Shown here piece after piece: positions 27,994 through 39,067 of a stretch of DNA of 64,000 nucleotides. Positions within the stretch are counted from its first letter, which is position 1; each line of letters starts with the position of its first letter. A program made the position numbers and the translations under genes. The notes beneath the pieces were generated by a model. That model saw only the letters and a list, made by a program, of their open reading frames with translations. It did not search any database and was not told where the DNA came from. The DNA comes from an uncultured Verrucomicrobiae bacterium (GTDB lineage: Bacteria; Verrucomicrobiota; Verrucomicrobiia; Chthoniobacterales; JAFAMB01). The stretch lies in NCBI GenBank assembly GCA_963782115.1, contig CAWAIK010000001.1:64001-128000 (forward strand), read 5' to 3'.

Positions 27994-29174
27994 TCGTCAA
28001 TTTGCCTTCAACCGAATGCCGTACCTGTTGCGGCAATGCATCTTGAGTAAGGCCGCGACTAAAAGTTTTTTGGTGGTAAGTGCTTCAACGAGAATCGGTT
28101 AACAACATATGTCTATACAGCAGAACCCTACGCAGTGGATTGACGCACAGGTTCAACGTCAAATTGGTGCGACTAAAAACAGGAAAACAATCAGCCCCGC
28201 GCGATCGCCCCGGGAAGCGACACGCCTCGAACGACCGTTGAACGTACTTGGATGCCTGGCGCTGATCCATGCTGTTCGTTCGGTCGATTCCCGCGATCGC
28301 GTCCGCGTGGGTGCTCGGCGTGCGACGGTCGCGTAAAAGACCCGCCTCGGCGTGCCGACGTATCGGCTGGCCTGGACCATGAAAAGAGGTCGCTCTCTTC
28401 GAATCCGGGGGATCTGCGGTTTAAAATTCGGGTTTTGGCCGAGCGAATCACTGGTTCGTGCTCGGCAGCCCAACGGTGGGTTGTTCGAATCCAGCCGAAT
28501 CGAAATACCAGGTCTCGCTCTCCTTTTGGTTCGCACACTGTCACGGCCGACTGAAGCGGATCGGCAGCATTCTCAGAAAAACTGCGAAAATTTACAATGA
28601 TCGCCGGAGTCGGCAAACCGTCGATCCTTCGAGATTCAGGTCGCTCAGCGACCTTTGATTTGCATCGCGATTCGGCACTGGCGAAGGATCAGTCAGCCCC
28701 GACGACGTGGATTTGAACGAGATTGTGCTGCGACCCTCGGTTCAGAAAAACGACCGTTTTTTCGAACTCTCGACAAACCACGGTTTTCCCGTCGAAAACT
28801 TCCTTCTAAGGGTCTGAAATACTCGTTTCGAAAAACAATGTTCAGTTTATTCGAGTCAGATGAGTAAACTGAACTCTATCGAGGGTGGCGTGGAGCATCA
28901 CCATGAGTCGCGCTTGCGGTTGAATCCCGGTGAAAAACCAGCGCTTCACACGATATTCACGTTCTGTCTTCACCAGAGCGAATTTGAAAGGATCTGACAG
29001 CGCCCTGATTCTGTAAGGAAACCCCATCCCACATCACATCTGTCCAAAATAAGGATTCGAAGAAAATGGTCTTGGAGAGCATCGCGGCTGGGATGTGGTT
29101 CACTGACAGCACGCCGAAGTACTTGGCTTCAGGGAAATTATTGATAAAATACGAGGTCTAAGGATAGTTGAAAA

Positions 29175-29615
29175 ATGGACTTGCTCCACCCAGCCAACAC
29201 GCCAAGGCCAGCGCAGATCAATGCGGCGCTCTTAATCCTCCGAATCACCAGCGCTCTCGCTTTCCTTTACCATGGCAGCGCCATTCTGTTCGGTGCCTTC
29301 GGAGGTCCCGGACCTCAGAAATTCTCCGCCTTAATGCACATGCCGGTCGTTGTAGGGTACCTCGTGGGGCTGGCACAGGTTGGCGGCGGGTTGGCAATTC
29401 TGAGCGGCGCTCTGATTCGACTTGGCGCGGCGTGCATCATCGTAGTCATGCTCGGAGCTATCTTCTTGGTGCACCTGCCGCACGGTTTTGACGTAGGGAA
29501 GGGCGGCGCCGAATACGCTCTCATGCAACTGCTGATTGCGATTGCGCTCCTCATCACCGGCGCAGGCGCTTACTCGCTAGCGCCGCGGCTCCCAAAACCG
29601 TTGCGGAAGTTGTAA
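29175..29615 (+). CDS. DoxX family membrane protein
   Basis: LLILRI...FLYHG..., AIFLVH..GF...GGAEY..., GAGAYSL. Confidence 0.88.
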   Translation: MDLLHPANTPRPAQINAALLILRITSALAFLYHGSAILFGAFGGPGPQKFSALMHMPVVVGYLVGLAQVGGGLAILSGALIRLGAACIIVVMLGAIFLVHLPHGFDVGKGGAEYALMQLLIAIALLITGAGAYSLAPRLPKPLRKL

Positions 29616-29849
29616 CTCGCCACCTGACGGAGCCCGAAAGTAATCCCGCATTCAAGGTTCACGGCGAGTCTCTCGGTGCTGGGCTGCAGCGAGCGACAGT
29701 CCTAAGAGATCCGCGACCGTCGTGTAGGCGCCAATTTAGGACCCGCCGCGCCTGGCGCGGCTTCCAGCGACGGACCTAGCGGGGGTTTTCGCTCAGCTGG
29801 TCGGCCACCCTTTCCAGGACGCGAGGCTGGGAGTAAAGCGTTCGTACCG

Positions 29850-30250
29850 GTGAGCAATAAACTGGTTACAACCAGGGCTGTCATGCTTGAGGAAGAAGGG
29901 ATGATTAAAGGGGCGCGGGCCGGCCAAGGCAAGCATGAGGCAATCGGGCGCGGCGGCAGTTGGGAAATGGCGGCAGAACTCACTGACGAACAAAAAAAGG
30001 CCGTCATCCATGTTCTCGTTTCTCGGGATCTGGTAACCGCAATCACTGGTCGGGCCGGAACCGGCAAAACGACCATGGCGAAGGAGGCGGTTAAAGCCGT
30101 CCAAACTCTCTCTCTCTGGCTGGTCAGTGATCGTTCTCGCGCCCTCAAGCGCTGCCGTCGAAACCCTCAAGGACTCGGGATTCCGCGAAGCCGATACGCT
30201 GGCAAACTTTCAGGACAAGGACTACTTGCAGGACCGCGCGAGGTCAAATC
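29850..30250 (+). pseudogene. TrwC/TraI-type conjugative relaxase-helicase fragment (helicase part, frameshifted)
   Basis: VTTRAVMLEE, LTDEQKKAV.HVL.SRD.V.AI.GRAGTGKTT, then in a shifted frame VLAPSSAAVETL...F.EADTLA.F. Confidence 0.75.
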
Positions 30251-30509
30251 CTCTGGATCGACGGCGCACCTCGGGGACAGGTCAGATAAGCAGGCGGAAA
30301 GCGCAAAGACCTTTCATTATTTGACCTGTCCCTGTCTCAGAAGGGGAGAAGTAGGGACAGGTCGGAAAAGGGACAGACAAATGCAACGCCCTTCAACCTT
30401 GCCCTGTGCCTTAATGTTATCTCTGCCCCGGGAAAGAGCGCGCCGGCGGCGCTGAAAATCCGGTCTATACCTCACCTATGTTTTCATTTTTCAGATTCTT
30501 CGGCCGTTC

Positions 30510-31690
30510 GAGAGACGGACCTCATCCATGCGAATCTCAGTAAGGCGAACCTCAGCAAGGCGAACCTTGACGGCGCGAACCTCATCGATTCGAATCTCAG
30601 CGGGGCGAACCTCAGCGAGACGGATCTCAGCCGTGCGGAACTCAGACAGGCTCAGACAAGCGAACCTCAGCGGGGAGAACCTCAGCGGGGCGGACCTGAT
30701 CGGGGCGAACCTCAGCGATGCGGACCTCAGTGGGGCGGACCTCAGCGAGGCGAACCTCAGCGAGGCGGACCTTAGACAGGCGGACCTCAGTGATGCGGAC
30801 CTCAATGGGGCGGACCTCAGCGAGGCGAACCTCAGCGAGGCGGACCTCAGACAGGCGGACCTCAGTGGGGCGAACCTCAGCAAGGCGAACCTTGACGGCG
30901 CCAACCTCCGCGGCGCGAATCTCAGTGGCGTAGATCTTAGCGGAGCGAATCTGAATAGAACTGAATTGATCAGAACCGATATTAGCGGCGCAAACCATAC
31001 TGGAAGTTCGATTTATGGAATTGCCGCTTGGGACGTGAAACTAACAAGTGGTACGCGACAGGAGAATCTGATCATTACTCCTCCAGGTGAACCCGTTGTC
31101 ATGGTAGACAACATCAAAGTTGCTCAATTCATCTACCTGCTCCTCAACAACGAAGAAATTCGCGATGTCATTGACACAATTACTTCGAAAGCAGTGTTGA
31201 TCCTCGGTCGCTTTTCTGACGACCGAAAACCGATTCTTAATGCTCTCCGGGACGCATTACGCGACAAAGGTTTTCTGCCGATAGTTTTTGATTTTGAACG
31301 TCCAAAAGGACGCGATTTTAGGGAAACTATTATGACCTTGGCGGGGATGTCCTGCTTCGTCATAGCTGATATTACTAATCCAAGATCGGCACCGCTTGAA
31401 CTTCACGCGACGTTCCAGACTATATGATTCCGTTTGTACCGATTCTTCAAGACAGCGAGTCGGCGTTTTCAATGTTCGCGAATCTCCAAACAAAATATGA
31501 CTGGGTTCTTGACTCCCTCGTGTACGATTCTTCTCAGAGTTTAATTGACGTTTTGGATGACGCGGTAATAAATCTTGCTCTGAAAAAACGTCACGAATTA
31601 GAGTTAAGAAAAGCGCGAAATACACCAACCCGACACGTTAGTGACTATCGCAAGCACCCCAAAGATGGTCCAATGAAAACGGGTTCCTAG
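30510..31690 (+). pseudogene. Pentapeptide-repeat protein with C-terminal TIR/NDT-like domain, two frameshifts
   Basis: A(N/D)LxX repeats at about 30510-31000. Frameshift near 30650 at a duplicated CTCAGACA. Frameshift near 31410, where one missing base breaks HAT-VPDYMIPF. Confidence 0.75.
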
Positions 31691-31883
31691 TAGCAGCTAG
31701 CTAGAATAGGGCTTTCCAGGGCAGAATCAAAGCGGTGAAGATCATAGGGATTTTGTTGCAGGAGTCCGCTTAAAGATCCCGCCCCACCATGCCGTCCGCC
31801 GTTTGCTTTTCGGATTCACTAGCTTTTCCCCGATTGCCTGCGGATCTTGAGTTCGAGTTTTGCGCGTCGTCTGCTGTTTCTGT

Positions 31884-32620
31884 TCACTTCATTGCGTTCC
31901 AGGCTTCGATCACCATTGCTTCCGCCCAGGTTGGAATCGGACTATTAGTTTTCCGACTGGTTTTGACTGCCGCATACACGATTCCGCGGAAACGGTCGAT
32001 TGCGTATGCTTTGAATTCTCCGAGATCCTTAATCCCCATTAGCGATCGGGATTCGGAACTCAGAAACTGCGCGAATGCTATTCTTAACCATTCCGAGAGA
32101 AAGAGCGAAACAGACTCAACCTGTTTTTTCGGCACCTGTTCCTCTGCGTTCCTGCGTTCTGTCTCAACTGCTAGATCGAGTCTGCGCAGAGTCTCTGAAC
32201 TTCTCAGATAAAATTCTTGGCCAGGCTTTGACTTGAAATTGATTGCCAGACTCGATCGCCCGCATCAGGCTGGCGTGCGCCCTCTCTTCGATCTCTTCCA
32301 ACCTTGCCAATGCGGCCGCGGCGCCTTTTGGTCCGATCGGCCCGAGTTCGATCAGGTTCAGGCGGTTCAGGATCGTGTTGCGATTCCTGCGGATTTGCGA
32401 CAGGTGCGGCAGACGTGTTCTTTTTTTTCGATTTCTGAACTGTGTTCAGGTTCTGCCTGCGCTTTTTGCCAGACAGGAATTGCTGAATCGAATCGTCTGA
32501 ATCGATGTCGCATTCTCGCGCAACCCAACGCCAAACGGTGGCAGGATGTTTCCCCAAGCAACGTCGAACCCCTGCCATCCGCTCGCAGATCGCAGACGAT
32601 TCCGCACCCTCTCCATGCGG
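31884..32620 (-). pseudogene. Phage-like HTH plus coiled-coil protein (possibly terminase small subunit/Nu1-like), frameshifted
   Basis: LGKHPATVWRW HTH; continues across two frame changes (about 32360 and 32222) as GAAAALARLEEIEERAHA...EFYLRSSETLRRLDLAVETERRNAEEQVPKKQV...EAWNAMK. Confidence 0.5.
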
Positions 32621-33003
32621 TTTGATCTCAGGGTGTCAGCAGAACCGCAGACGATTCGATCATTGCTAGATTGTACCGTTGCAGAAATAAAACCCGCCTG
32701 CAGGCGCCTGGGACCGCGGGGGGCAAGCATGGCTCCAATCACAGTTTGAAAAAAAAGGATACTCCAGATGGAGTACCCTCAACTTCAGCTTCTCAAACCA
32801 TCGAGGAGTCAGCAAAACTTCAGGTTCAAGCTGCGCTGCACTAATGCCCGCTGTCGAGTGATCGCCTGCTGCCGCTCACCCGATCGAGTTCACCTGCGTC
32901 TCAAACGTTCCGCGGATCGAGAGGGGCCGCCTGAGTGCGCAGGATGCTGGAACGCTGCGCCGTCTGGGCTCCCCTGATGCGGGGGGTTGATCCTGGCTCG
33001 ATG

Positions 33004-33796
33004 TCACGCTGCCACCCCCATCGAAACCACGTTCGACGGCCCCGCAGGGCGCAGGGCGAACCATGCCTCGCCTTGTCCTGGTGAAATGTTTGGGTCTAAA
33101 TACGTTTGTCTGACCCGCTGTTCAGTGTCGCCCATCGATTTCGCAACCTGCGCTAACCCGCCACTGCTGACCCCGTATGACGCAAAACTATGACGCAAAG
33201 AATTTAGGTTTGTCCATGCCCTTCATGATGTCCTGCCCGAGCCATCCGTTTTTCGCTGCCCAGTTCAGCAGAGCGTGCGCGAACGTATAGGCGTTCCGTT
33301 GCGCTGAATGCTTTTTGCCGCCTGCGAAACTGTTGATCCATTTCGACAGTCCCGAGTAGGTCAGAGAGGTGACGGTTTCGGGTCCGAACTTCGACTCGAA
33401 CCGTTGCGCCCAGTATTTGACGGTCCGCAATCCTGCAGGGGTGCGGTTCATCGATTCCTGCCAGGTGCAATACTCGGCAACCAGTTCGAAAACCGTACCC
33501 TGTTTTTTAACCGAGAGAACGGTCTGTTTGTAAAACTCGATTGCCTGCCGGATGCCGGCATTCGATCCCAGCAGCGCACGCATTTCCTCAAGAAACGCCT
33601 GATCGGTCAGCGGCATCCGAACCGTATGGTTTGACGCTGAACGGTTCATCAGATCCGCAATCGCTTTGTTACCTTCTTCTCTGGTTTTGAAATAGAGAGT
33701 CTGCGGTTTGTTGTCGTCTGAGTATCGGGCGGGTTTGGTCAGGCGGAACAAGTTGCGAGGTTTGAAGTAGGAAAGTTTCATCACCCGCAATGGCAC
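33004..33796 (-). pseudogene. Tyrosine recombinase/integrase with the central catalytic region deleted
   Basis: N-terminal and core-binding region (33188-33796) abuts out-of-frame LRHSFASY...MGDT..V..TY...AWF C-terminus (33004-33198). Confidence 0.8.
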
Positions 33797-33978
33797 GGTC
33801 GTTATCCGAAACCCTGTAACAAATGTACCAAAAAAGATCGTTCCTTTGTAGTTTTAGTAGTTTTAGTAGCTTTGTTTTCCGCCTGCTGATCAATGCCTGC
33901 GGATCGAGCACCAGCGCAGTCCCGCAGGGGGAAAGCGGTTCAAGAATGGTCAAAGACCGCTTTTAGCGCAGCTGAGCG

Positions 33979-34230
33979 AAGTGCCCATATCTGGATTCAT
34001 ATGGGCCAAGCGAGCAACGCGGAAAAAAGCCAACTGGCCGCGGCCCGGAGGGTTGTGTTGAAAATGGGCCGACGGCTGCGTTGCTCGTCGGTTACGTCCT
34101 GCACCAGTTTTTGATAACCGCCGCGGAAAATCGGAGCGGCACAATTGCAAAAACTGGTGCGGGATGCTCCCTCCTACCGCCAGTCCGGCTCGGACCGCCT
34201 TGCCGACGGCCCATTTTGAACGCAACGACG
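33979..34230. repeat. Dispersed structured repeat (MITE-like), copy 2
   Basis: Homologous to 11229-11372; internal IR GTTGTGTTGAAAATGGGCCG / CGGCCCATTTTGAACGCAAC. Confidence 0.7.
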
Positions 34231-34418
34231 TCACCATTATATGCGAGACGGTACACTAGAGAGAGCGCGCGTCCTGTCCCTTTCGCGATAGGGCTCTAGC
34301 CCTCTCTTCCGAAATCGTGTATAAGGCTTGGGGCTATGTTTCTGCCCTTTCGGCCGCATACACAATGTGCTCAGCGCAACATTCTGACAGCAACAATGGC
34401 GGTTTTTTTGTAAAATGT

Positions 34419-34470
34419 TTGACATGTAGCTAGCACGTGTTAGAAAACGTCAATATATAACACGAGCTAG
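34419..34470 (+). promoter_or_regulatory. Sigma-70-type promoter with two LacI-type operators
   Basis: TTGACA at 34419, TAGAAA at 34441; near-palindrome CTAGCACGTGTTAG (34430-34443) and related ATAACACGAGCTAG (34457-34470). Confidence 0.6.
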
Positions 34471-34562
34471 TTGCGTGTGCCATAGATTGACCAAGGGGTT
34501 GTAGTAGACCCTCCCGCGATGTGTGCTCGCATCCTGTCAGACAAACTTCTCCCCCCCGAAAC

Positions 34563-35504
34563 ATGGCCAGCAGAACACGGATGGCGGCTGAATCATTGAC
34601 GGTGCCCCAAAGTGGAGTTCGCACGCCACGAAGATTGGTCGATAACGAAGCTTTCTGCGGCCTTCTATTTGTTGGCCCAGCCCTGGTCGGTTTCACGCTG
34701 TTCTATCTTCTGCCGACGATCCGCGCTTTCTATTTAGGTTTAACGAACTGGAACCTCTTGCGTGCGCCGAAGTTCCTGGGCTTCGACAACTATGTCCGAC
34801 TGTTTGGCGACGGAAAGTTCTGGAGCTCGATCTGGATTACAGTGCTTTACGTTCTTTACAACATCCCTGTTCAAACCGTTCTCGGCTTGCTGATCGCTGT
34901 TCTTCTAAAGCGGCTAACCGGTTCGGTCGTCATTCGCTCGGTGATGTTGGCCCCGTTTCTGATCTCGAACGTCATCGCCGCAATGATCTGGTGGTGGATG
35001 TTGGATCCAGTTCTCGGTTTCGTGAATTTCCTGCTGCAGGCGATCGGCCTTGGGAGCCACGCATTTTTCAGCGATGAACAGTTCGCGTTGCCCACCATTG
35101 CCGCCATTAACGTTTGGCGCTACACAGGTTACACGGCTTTGTTGTTCTACACCGGCCTCCAATCGATTCCGGAACACCTTTACGAAGCGGCTCGCATTGA
35201 AGGCGCCTCACAGTGGAGAATGTTTCGATCAATTACGCTCCCTCTCCTGCGACCGACGGTGGTGTTTGTCCTGGTGACGAGCGTGATTGGTTCATTTCAA
35301 ATTTTTGATACGATTGCGGTGACTACCCAAGGCGGTCCAGGCACAGCCACTCGTACGATCGTTTGGTACATCTACCAGGAGGCGTTCATGAGTATGCGCA
35401 TGGGATATGCTTCGGCGATGTCGACCGTCCTGCTATTTGGCTTAGTACTCGTCACCCTGGTGCAAATGCGTGTGCTGCGCTCGGGAGAATCAGACTTGGG
35501 TTAA
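34563..35504 (+). CDS. Carbohydrate ABC permease (MalF-like); start may be 34581
   Basis: YEAARIEGA, FQIFDTIAVTTQGGP. Confidence 0.92.
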   Translation: MASRTRMAAESLTVPQSGVRTPRRLVDNEAFCGLLFVGPALVGFTLFYLLPTIRAFYLGLTNWNLLRAPKFLGFDNYVRLFGDGKFWSSIWITVLYVLYNIPVQTVLGLLIAVLLKRLTGSVVIRSVMLAPFLISNVIAAMIWWWMLDPVLGFVNFLLQAIGLGSHAFFSDEQFALPTIAAINVWRYTGYTALLFYTGLQSIPEHLYEAARIEGASQWRMFRSITLPLLRPTVVFVLVTSVIGSFQIFDTIAVTTQGGPGTATRTIVWYIYQEAFMSMRMGYASAMSTVLLFGLVLVTLVQMRVLRSGESDLG

Positions 35505-35509
35505 TACTC

Positions 35510-36400
35510 ATGGAAAGATCCAACCAAACTTTACCCATTGGCCGCTGGATTGGTTACGCAGCGCTGATTGCCTTTGCCATTATTTCACTCGGCCCGATCT
35601 GGATCGCGTTTAAAACCGCATTGACCGGTCCGAACGCCCTGTTCGCGAGTGGTGGCTCGATTCTCCCGCACGATACAACGCTCTTCAATTTCCAGAGGGT
35701 GCTCGGTTTTCTTGATCCCAATGATCCACGTCTGGCGCAGACCGGCTTGGCGAAGATTACTTTCTTCCGGGCGTTACTCAACAGTGCAATCTTCACGGCG
35801 ATGGCGGTCATTCCGCAAATCTTTTTCAGCGCCACCGCCGCTTACGCCTTCGCCAGGTTGCAATTCCCGGGGCGCGACATTCTATTTTTTCTTTTCATCG
35901 CGGCGACGATGATCCCAGCCATCGTTCTTTTTATCCCTAACTTCATCCTTATTCACGATCTGGGCTGGCTGAACACTTTTCAAGGGATGGCGGCACCCTA
36001 TGCATTAATGACACCCTTCGCCGTTTTTTTTCTCCGCCAAATGTTCCTGGCGACTCCGCGGGATGTTGAGGAAGCCGCACGTATCGACGGTGCCTCCTAC
36101 TTTTCAATTTTTTTTCGCATGATCCTGCCGATTCACGGGTCGTCTCTTGCTACGCTGGCCATCCTCACCACCGTGTCAACGTGGAACGAATTCTTTTGGC
36201 CGTTTCTTATCGGGCGCGACGAGTCGGTGCGCGTGATGGCTGTTGCGATCAACGCCTTCCGGACGCAGCAGCAATCCGGTGTTCCGGATTGGACCGGCCT
36301 CATGGCCTGCACGATTCTGGGGATCATCCCTATGGTCGCGCTCTTGGTCTTCTTCGGCCGAAAAGTGGTCGAATCGTTCCAATTCAGCGGCATGAAATAA
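35510..36400 (+). CDS. Carbohydrate ABC permease (MalG-like)
   Basis: AAYAFARL.FPGR, EEAARIDGA, WNEFFWP. Confidence 0.92.
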   Translation: MERSNQTLPIGRWIGYAALIAFAIISLGPIWIAFKTALTGPNALFASGGSILPHDTTLFNFQRVLGFLDPNDPRLAQTGLAKITFFRALLNSAIFTAMAVIPQIFFSATAAYAFARLQFPGRDILFFLFIAATMIPAIVLFIPNFILIHDLGWLNTFQGMAAPYALMTPFAVFFLRQMFLATPRDVEEAARIDGASYFSIFFRMILPIHGSSLATLAILTTVSTWNEFFWPFLIGRDESVRVMAVAINAFRTQQQSGVPDWTGLMACTILGIIPMVALLVFFGRKVVESFQFSGMK

Positions 36401-36433
36401 CCCTTCAACAAAAAACAAACAACTATCTTATCT

Positions 36434-37741
36434 ATGTATCGCTTCAGAGTATTGCTGTTTGCCACCTCACTGTTAGCAGCTGTCTCCGCGCGCGCAGCGA
36501 CAGAGATCAACTATTGGCTATGGGATGTCTTGCAACTACCCGCTTACCAAGCGGCTGCTGCCGCCTTTGAAAAGGCGAACCCAGATATTAAAATAAAGAT
36601 TACCCAGACCTCTTGGAGTGACTACTGGACGACCCTCAGCACGGGCTTTGTCTCCGGAACCGCTCCGGACGTTTTCACGGATCATCTGGCGCGATATCCG
36701 GAGTTTGTCGAGAATGATTTGTTAGTCGACATCGCACCCTTGATTAAGCGTGACAAGGTACCCACCAACATTTACCTCGGCGGCCTCTACGAACTCTGGG
36801 GTAAAGGCGGTAAACAATACGGTTTGCCCAAGGATTGGGACACGATCGCCCTGATTTACAACAAGGCGATTCTGGAGAAGGCCGGCGTGGATCCGAAAGA
36901 TCTAAACGATTTAACCTGGAATCCGAAAGATGGGGGATCATTCGGTCAGTTGATCGCGAAGCTTTCCGTGGACGAAGCGGGCAACAATGGATTGTCCCCA
37001 AATTTCAACCCGAAGAAGGTGAAACAGTATGGACTTCTGATCGATGGCGCGCCGGATGGATTCGGTCAGGTTGAGTGGAGCCATTTTGCGGTCTCGAACG
37101 GATTCAAGTTTCACGACGGGCCTTGGGCAAAGGGATTTCACTACGACGACCCGAAGCTGGCGGAAACTCTGCAATGGATCGCCAACACCATGAAGAAAGG
37201 CTTCATCGTGCCGGCCAAGGATGCTCGGCAACTCGGAGCAAACAGCTTTTTTGCAGCGGGCAAAGGGGCATTGGCGCTGACCGGCTCCTGGATGATCAAT
37301 TGGTATGCCGACAACGCAAAATTCGATAAGGGTTTCGCCCCGTTACCAAAAGGTCCGGATGGTCGCAAAACGATGTTTAACGGCTTGGCAGATTCGATCT
37401 GGGTCGGCAGCAAGCATAAGGAAGAAGCGTGGAAATGGGTGAAGTTCCTTGGCTCAGAAGAAGGGCAGATGATCATCGCCGGATACGGAGTTGTCTTTCC
37501 AGCGGTTCAAAGCGCCGCCAAGAAGGCGGAGGAAGTCATGAGCAAGAAGGGGATGGATGTATCACCGTTCCTTGCGGAAGCAACGGACCCGCATGGAACG
37601 TTTCTCTTTCCAATTGCCGACCACGCTGCAGATGTCCTCCGCATTACGAAAATCGGGATGGATGCTATCCTATTGAATGGCGCCGATGCCGCTTCCACGA
37701 TGAAGAAGGCCAATAAGGAAGTGAACGAGCTGTTTGAATAG
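36434..37741 (+). CDS. Carbohydrate ABC substrate-binding protein
   Basis: Signal peptide, GTAPDVF, YGLPKDWDTIALIYNK. Confidence 0.92.
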   Translation: MYRFRVLLFATSLLAAVSARAATEINYWLWDVLQLPAYQAAAAAFEKANPDIKIKITQTSWSDYWTTLSTGFVSGTAPDVFTDHLARYPEFVENDLLVDIAPLIKRDKVPTNIYLGGLYELWGKGGKQYGLPKDWDTIALIYNKAILEKAGVDPKDLNDLTWNPKDGGSFGQLIAKLSVDEAGNNGLSPNFNPKKVKQYGLLIDGAPDGFGQVEWSHFAVSNGFKFHDGPWAKGFHYDDPKLAETLQWIANTMKKGFIVPAKDARQLGANSFFAAGKGALALTGSWMINWYADNAKFDKGFAPLPKGPDGRKTMFNGLADSIWVGSKHKEEAWKWVKFLGSEEGQMIIAGYGVVFPAVQSAAKKAEEVMSKKGMDVSPFLAEATDPHGTFLFPIADHAADVLRITKIGMDAILLNGADAASTMKKANKEVNELFE

Positions 37742-37750
37742 TTGAAACTA

Positions 37751-39067
37751 ATGAGTCACTCACGAAGGAAAATCACGTTTATCGGCGCTGGGAGTACTGT
37801 TTTCGCAAAGAATCTGATTGGCGATATCCTATCCTTTCCGGAGCTTGCAGACTCCTCGATTTGCTTATTCGATATCGACGAGAACCGTCTTAAAACGTCT
37901 GAGGTCGTTGCAGGGCGGATCGCTCAGACGCTAGGCGTTGCGTCGACTGTGGAAGTGACAACCGACCGCGCGCGTGCTCTCGAGGGTGCTTCCTATGCGA
38001 TCAATATGATCCAGGTCGGTGGCTACCGCCCTTGCACAGTCACCGATTTCGAGATTCCGAAGCGGTACGGTCTTCGTCAGACTATCGCCGACACCCTTGG
38101 AATCGGTGGAATCATGCGCGCGCTCCGGACGATCCCGGTGCTGATCGATATGTGCAAAGACATGGAACGACTCTGCCCACAGGTCGTTCATCTGAACTAC
38201 GTTAATCCGATGGCGATGAATTGCTGGGCGTTAAGCGAAGCCACCAGCGTGCGGACAATAGGTCTCTGCCACAGCGTCCAGCATACCGCGGGTGAACTTG
38301 CAAACGATATCGGGGTGCCGGTCGAGGAAATCAATTATGTCGTCGCCGGAATCAATCACATGGCGTTCTACCTGAAGTTTGAGCGCAATGGACAGGATCT
38401 CTATCCGGAAATTCGCCGCGTTGTGGCGGAGGGTCGAGTGCCCGACGATAACCGTGTCCGATACGAGCTATTTACCCGGCTGGGCTATTTCGTCACCGAG
38501 TCCAGTGAACATTTCTCTGAATACGTCCCATGGTACATCAAGCGAGGTCGGGAGGACCTGATCAAAAAATTCAATATCCCGCTTGATGAGTATCCTCGAC
38601 GCTGCGAATCGCAACTAGCGGAATGGGAAAAGCAGCGAATTGATCTGGAAAATTGGGATCGACCGCTGGAAATTCGGCGAAGCGTCGAGTTCGGATCGTT
38701 GATCATCCACAGCCTGGAGACTGGTTTTCCTAGAGTCGTTTATGGAAACGTGGCCAATCAAAACCTGATCGAAAACCTGCCTCACGGCTGTTGCGTCGAG
38801 GTTCCATGTGTCGTGGATAAAAACGGAGTGCAACCCATTCGGATCGGGCGAATCCCAACCCACCTTGCCGCGCTCATGCAAACGAACATCAACGTGCAAG
38901 CGCTGACCGTAGAAGCCATTCTGCAGCAAAATCCGGAGCGAATTTATCAGGCCGCGATGCTGGATCCGCATACGGCCGCGGAACTTGATCTCGATCAAAT
39001 CTGGGCGCTCGTGAACGATCTGCTGGCCGCTCATGGCGCGTGGATTCCGGAAAAGCTGCGAAGATGA
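37751..39067 (+). CDS. melA: Alpha-galactosidase, GH4 (NAD+/Mn-dependent)
   Basis: [45 protein letters not shown]. Confidence 0.93.
   Translation: MSHSRRKITFIGAGSTVFAKNLIGDILSFPELADSSICLFDIDENRLKTSEVVAGRIAQTLGVASTVEVTTDRARALEGASYAINMIQVGGYRPCTVTDFEIPKRYGLRQTIADTLGIGGIMRALRTIPVLIDMCKDMERLCPQVVHLNYVNPMAMNCWALSEATSVRTIGLCHSVQHTAGELANDIGVPVEEINYVVAGINHMAFYLKFERNGQDLYPEIRRVVAEGRVPDDNRVRYELFTRLGYFVTESSEHFSEYVPWYIKRGREDLIKKFNIPLDEYPRRCESQLAEWEKQRIDLENWDRPLEIRRSVEFGSLIIHSLETGFPRVVYGNVANQNLIENLPHGCCVEVPCVVDKNGVQPIRIGRIPTHLAALMQTNINVQALTVEAILQQNPERIYQAAMLDPHTAAELDLDQIWALVNDLLAAHGAWIPEKLRR

Larger units (their letters stand above)
29700..33880. mobile_element. Degraded integrative element (ICE/IME or phage-satellite remnant); boundaries approximate
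   Basis: Clustered broken relaxase-helicase, phage-like HTH gene and integrase; short repeats (TAGTTTTAG x2) beside the integrase start. Confidence 0.6.

Noticed and set aside
28000..29150. Assorted 60-140 aa ORFs
   Set aside because: No motifs, mutually overlapping, and no consistent RBS; left unannotated.
30491..30998. Minus-strand repetitive ORFs (LRSAS / AEVRL)
   Set aside because: Antisense shadows of the pentapeptide repeats.
32690..32790. Phage cos/packaging site upstream of the HTH gene
   Set aside because: Only a vague resemblance; no terminase large subunit or other support.
33176..33199. TATGACGCAAA direct repeat as an att site
   Set aside because: Explained by the codons of the integrase LRHSFASY motif.
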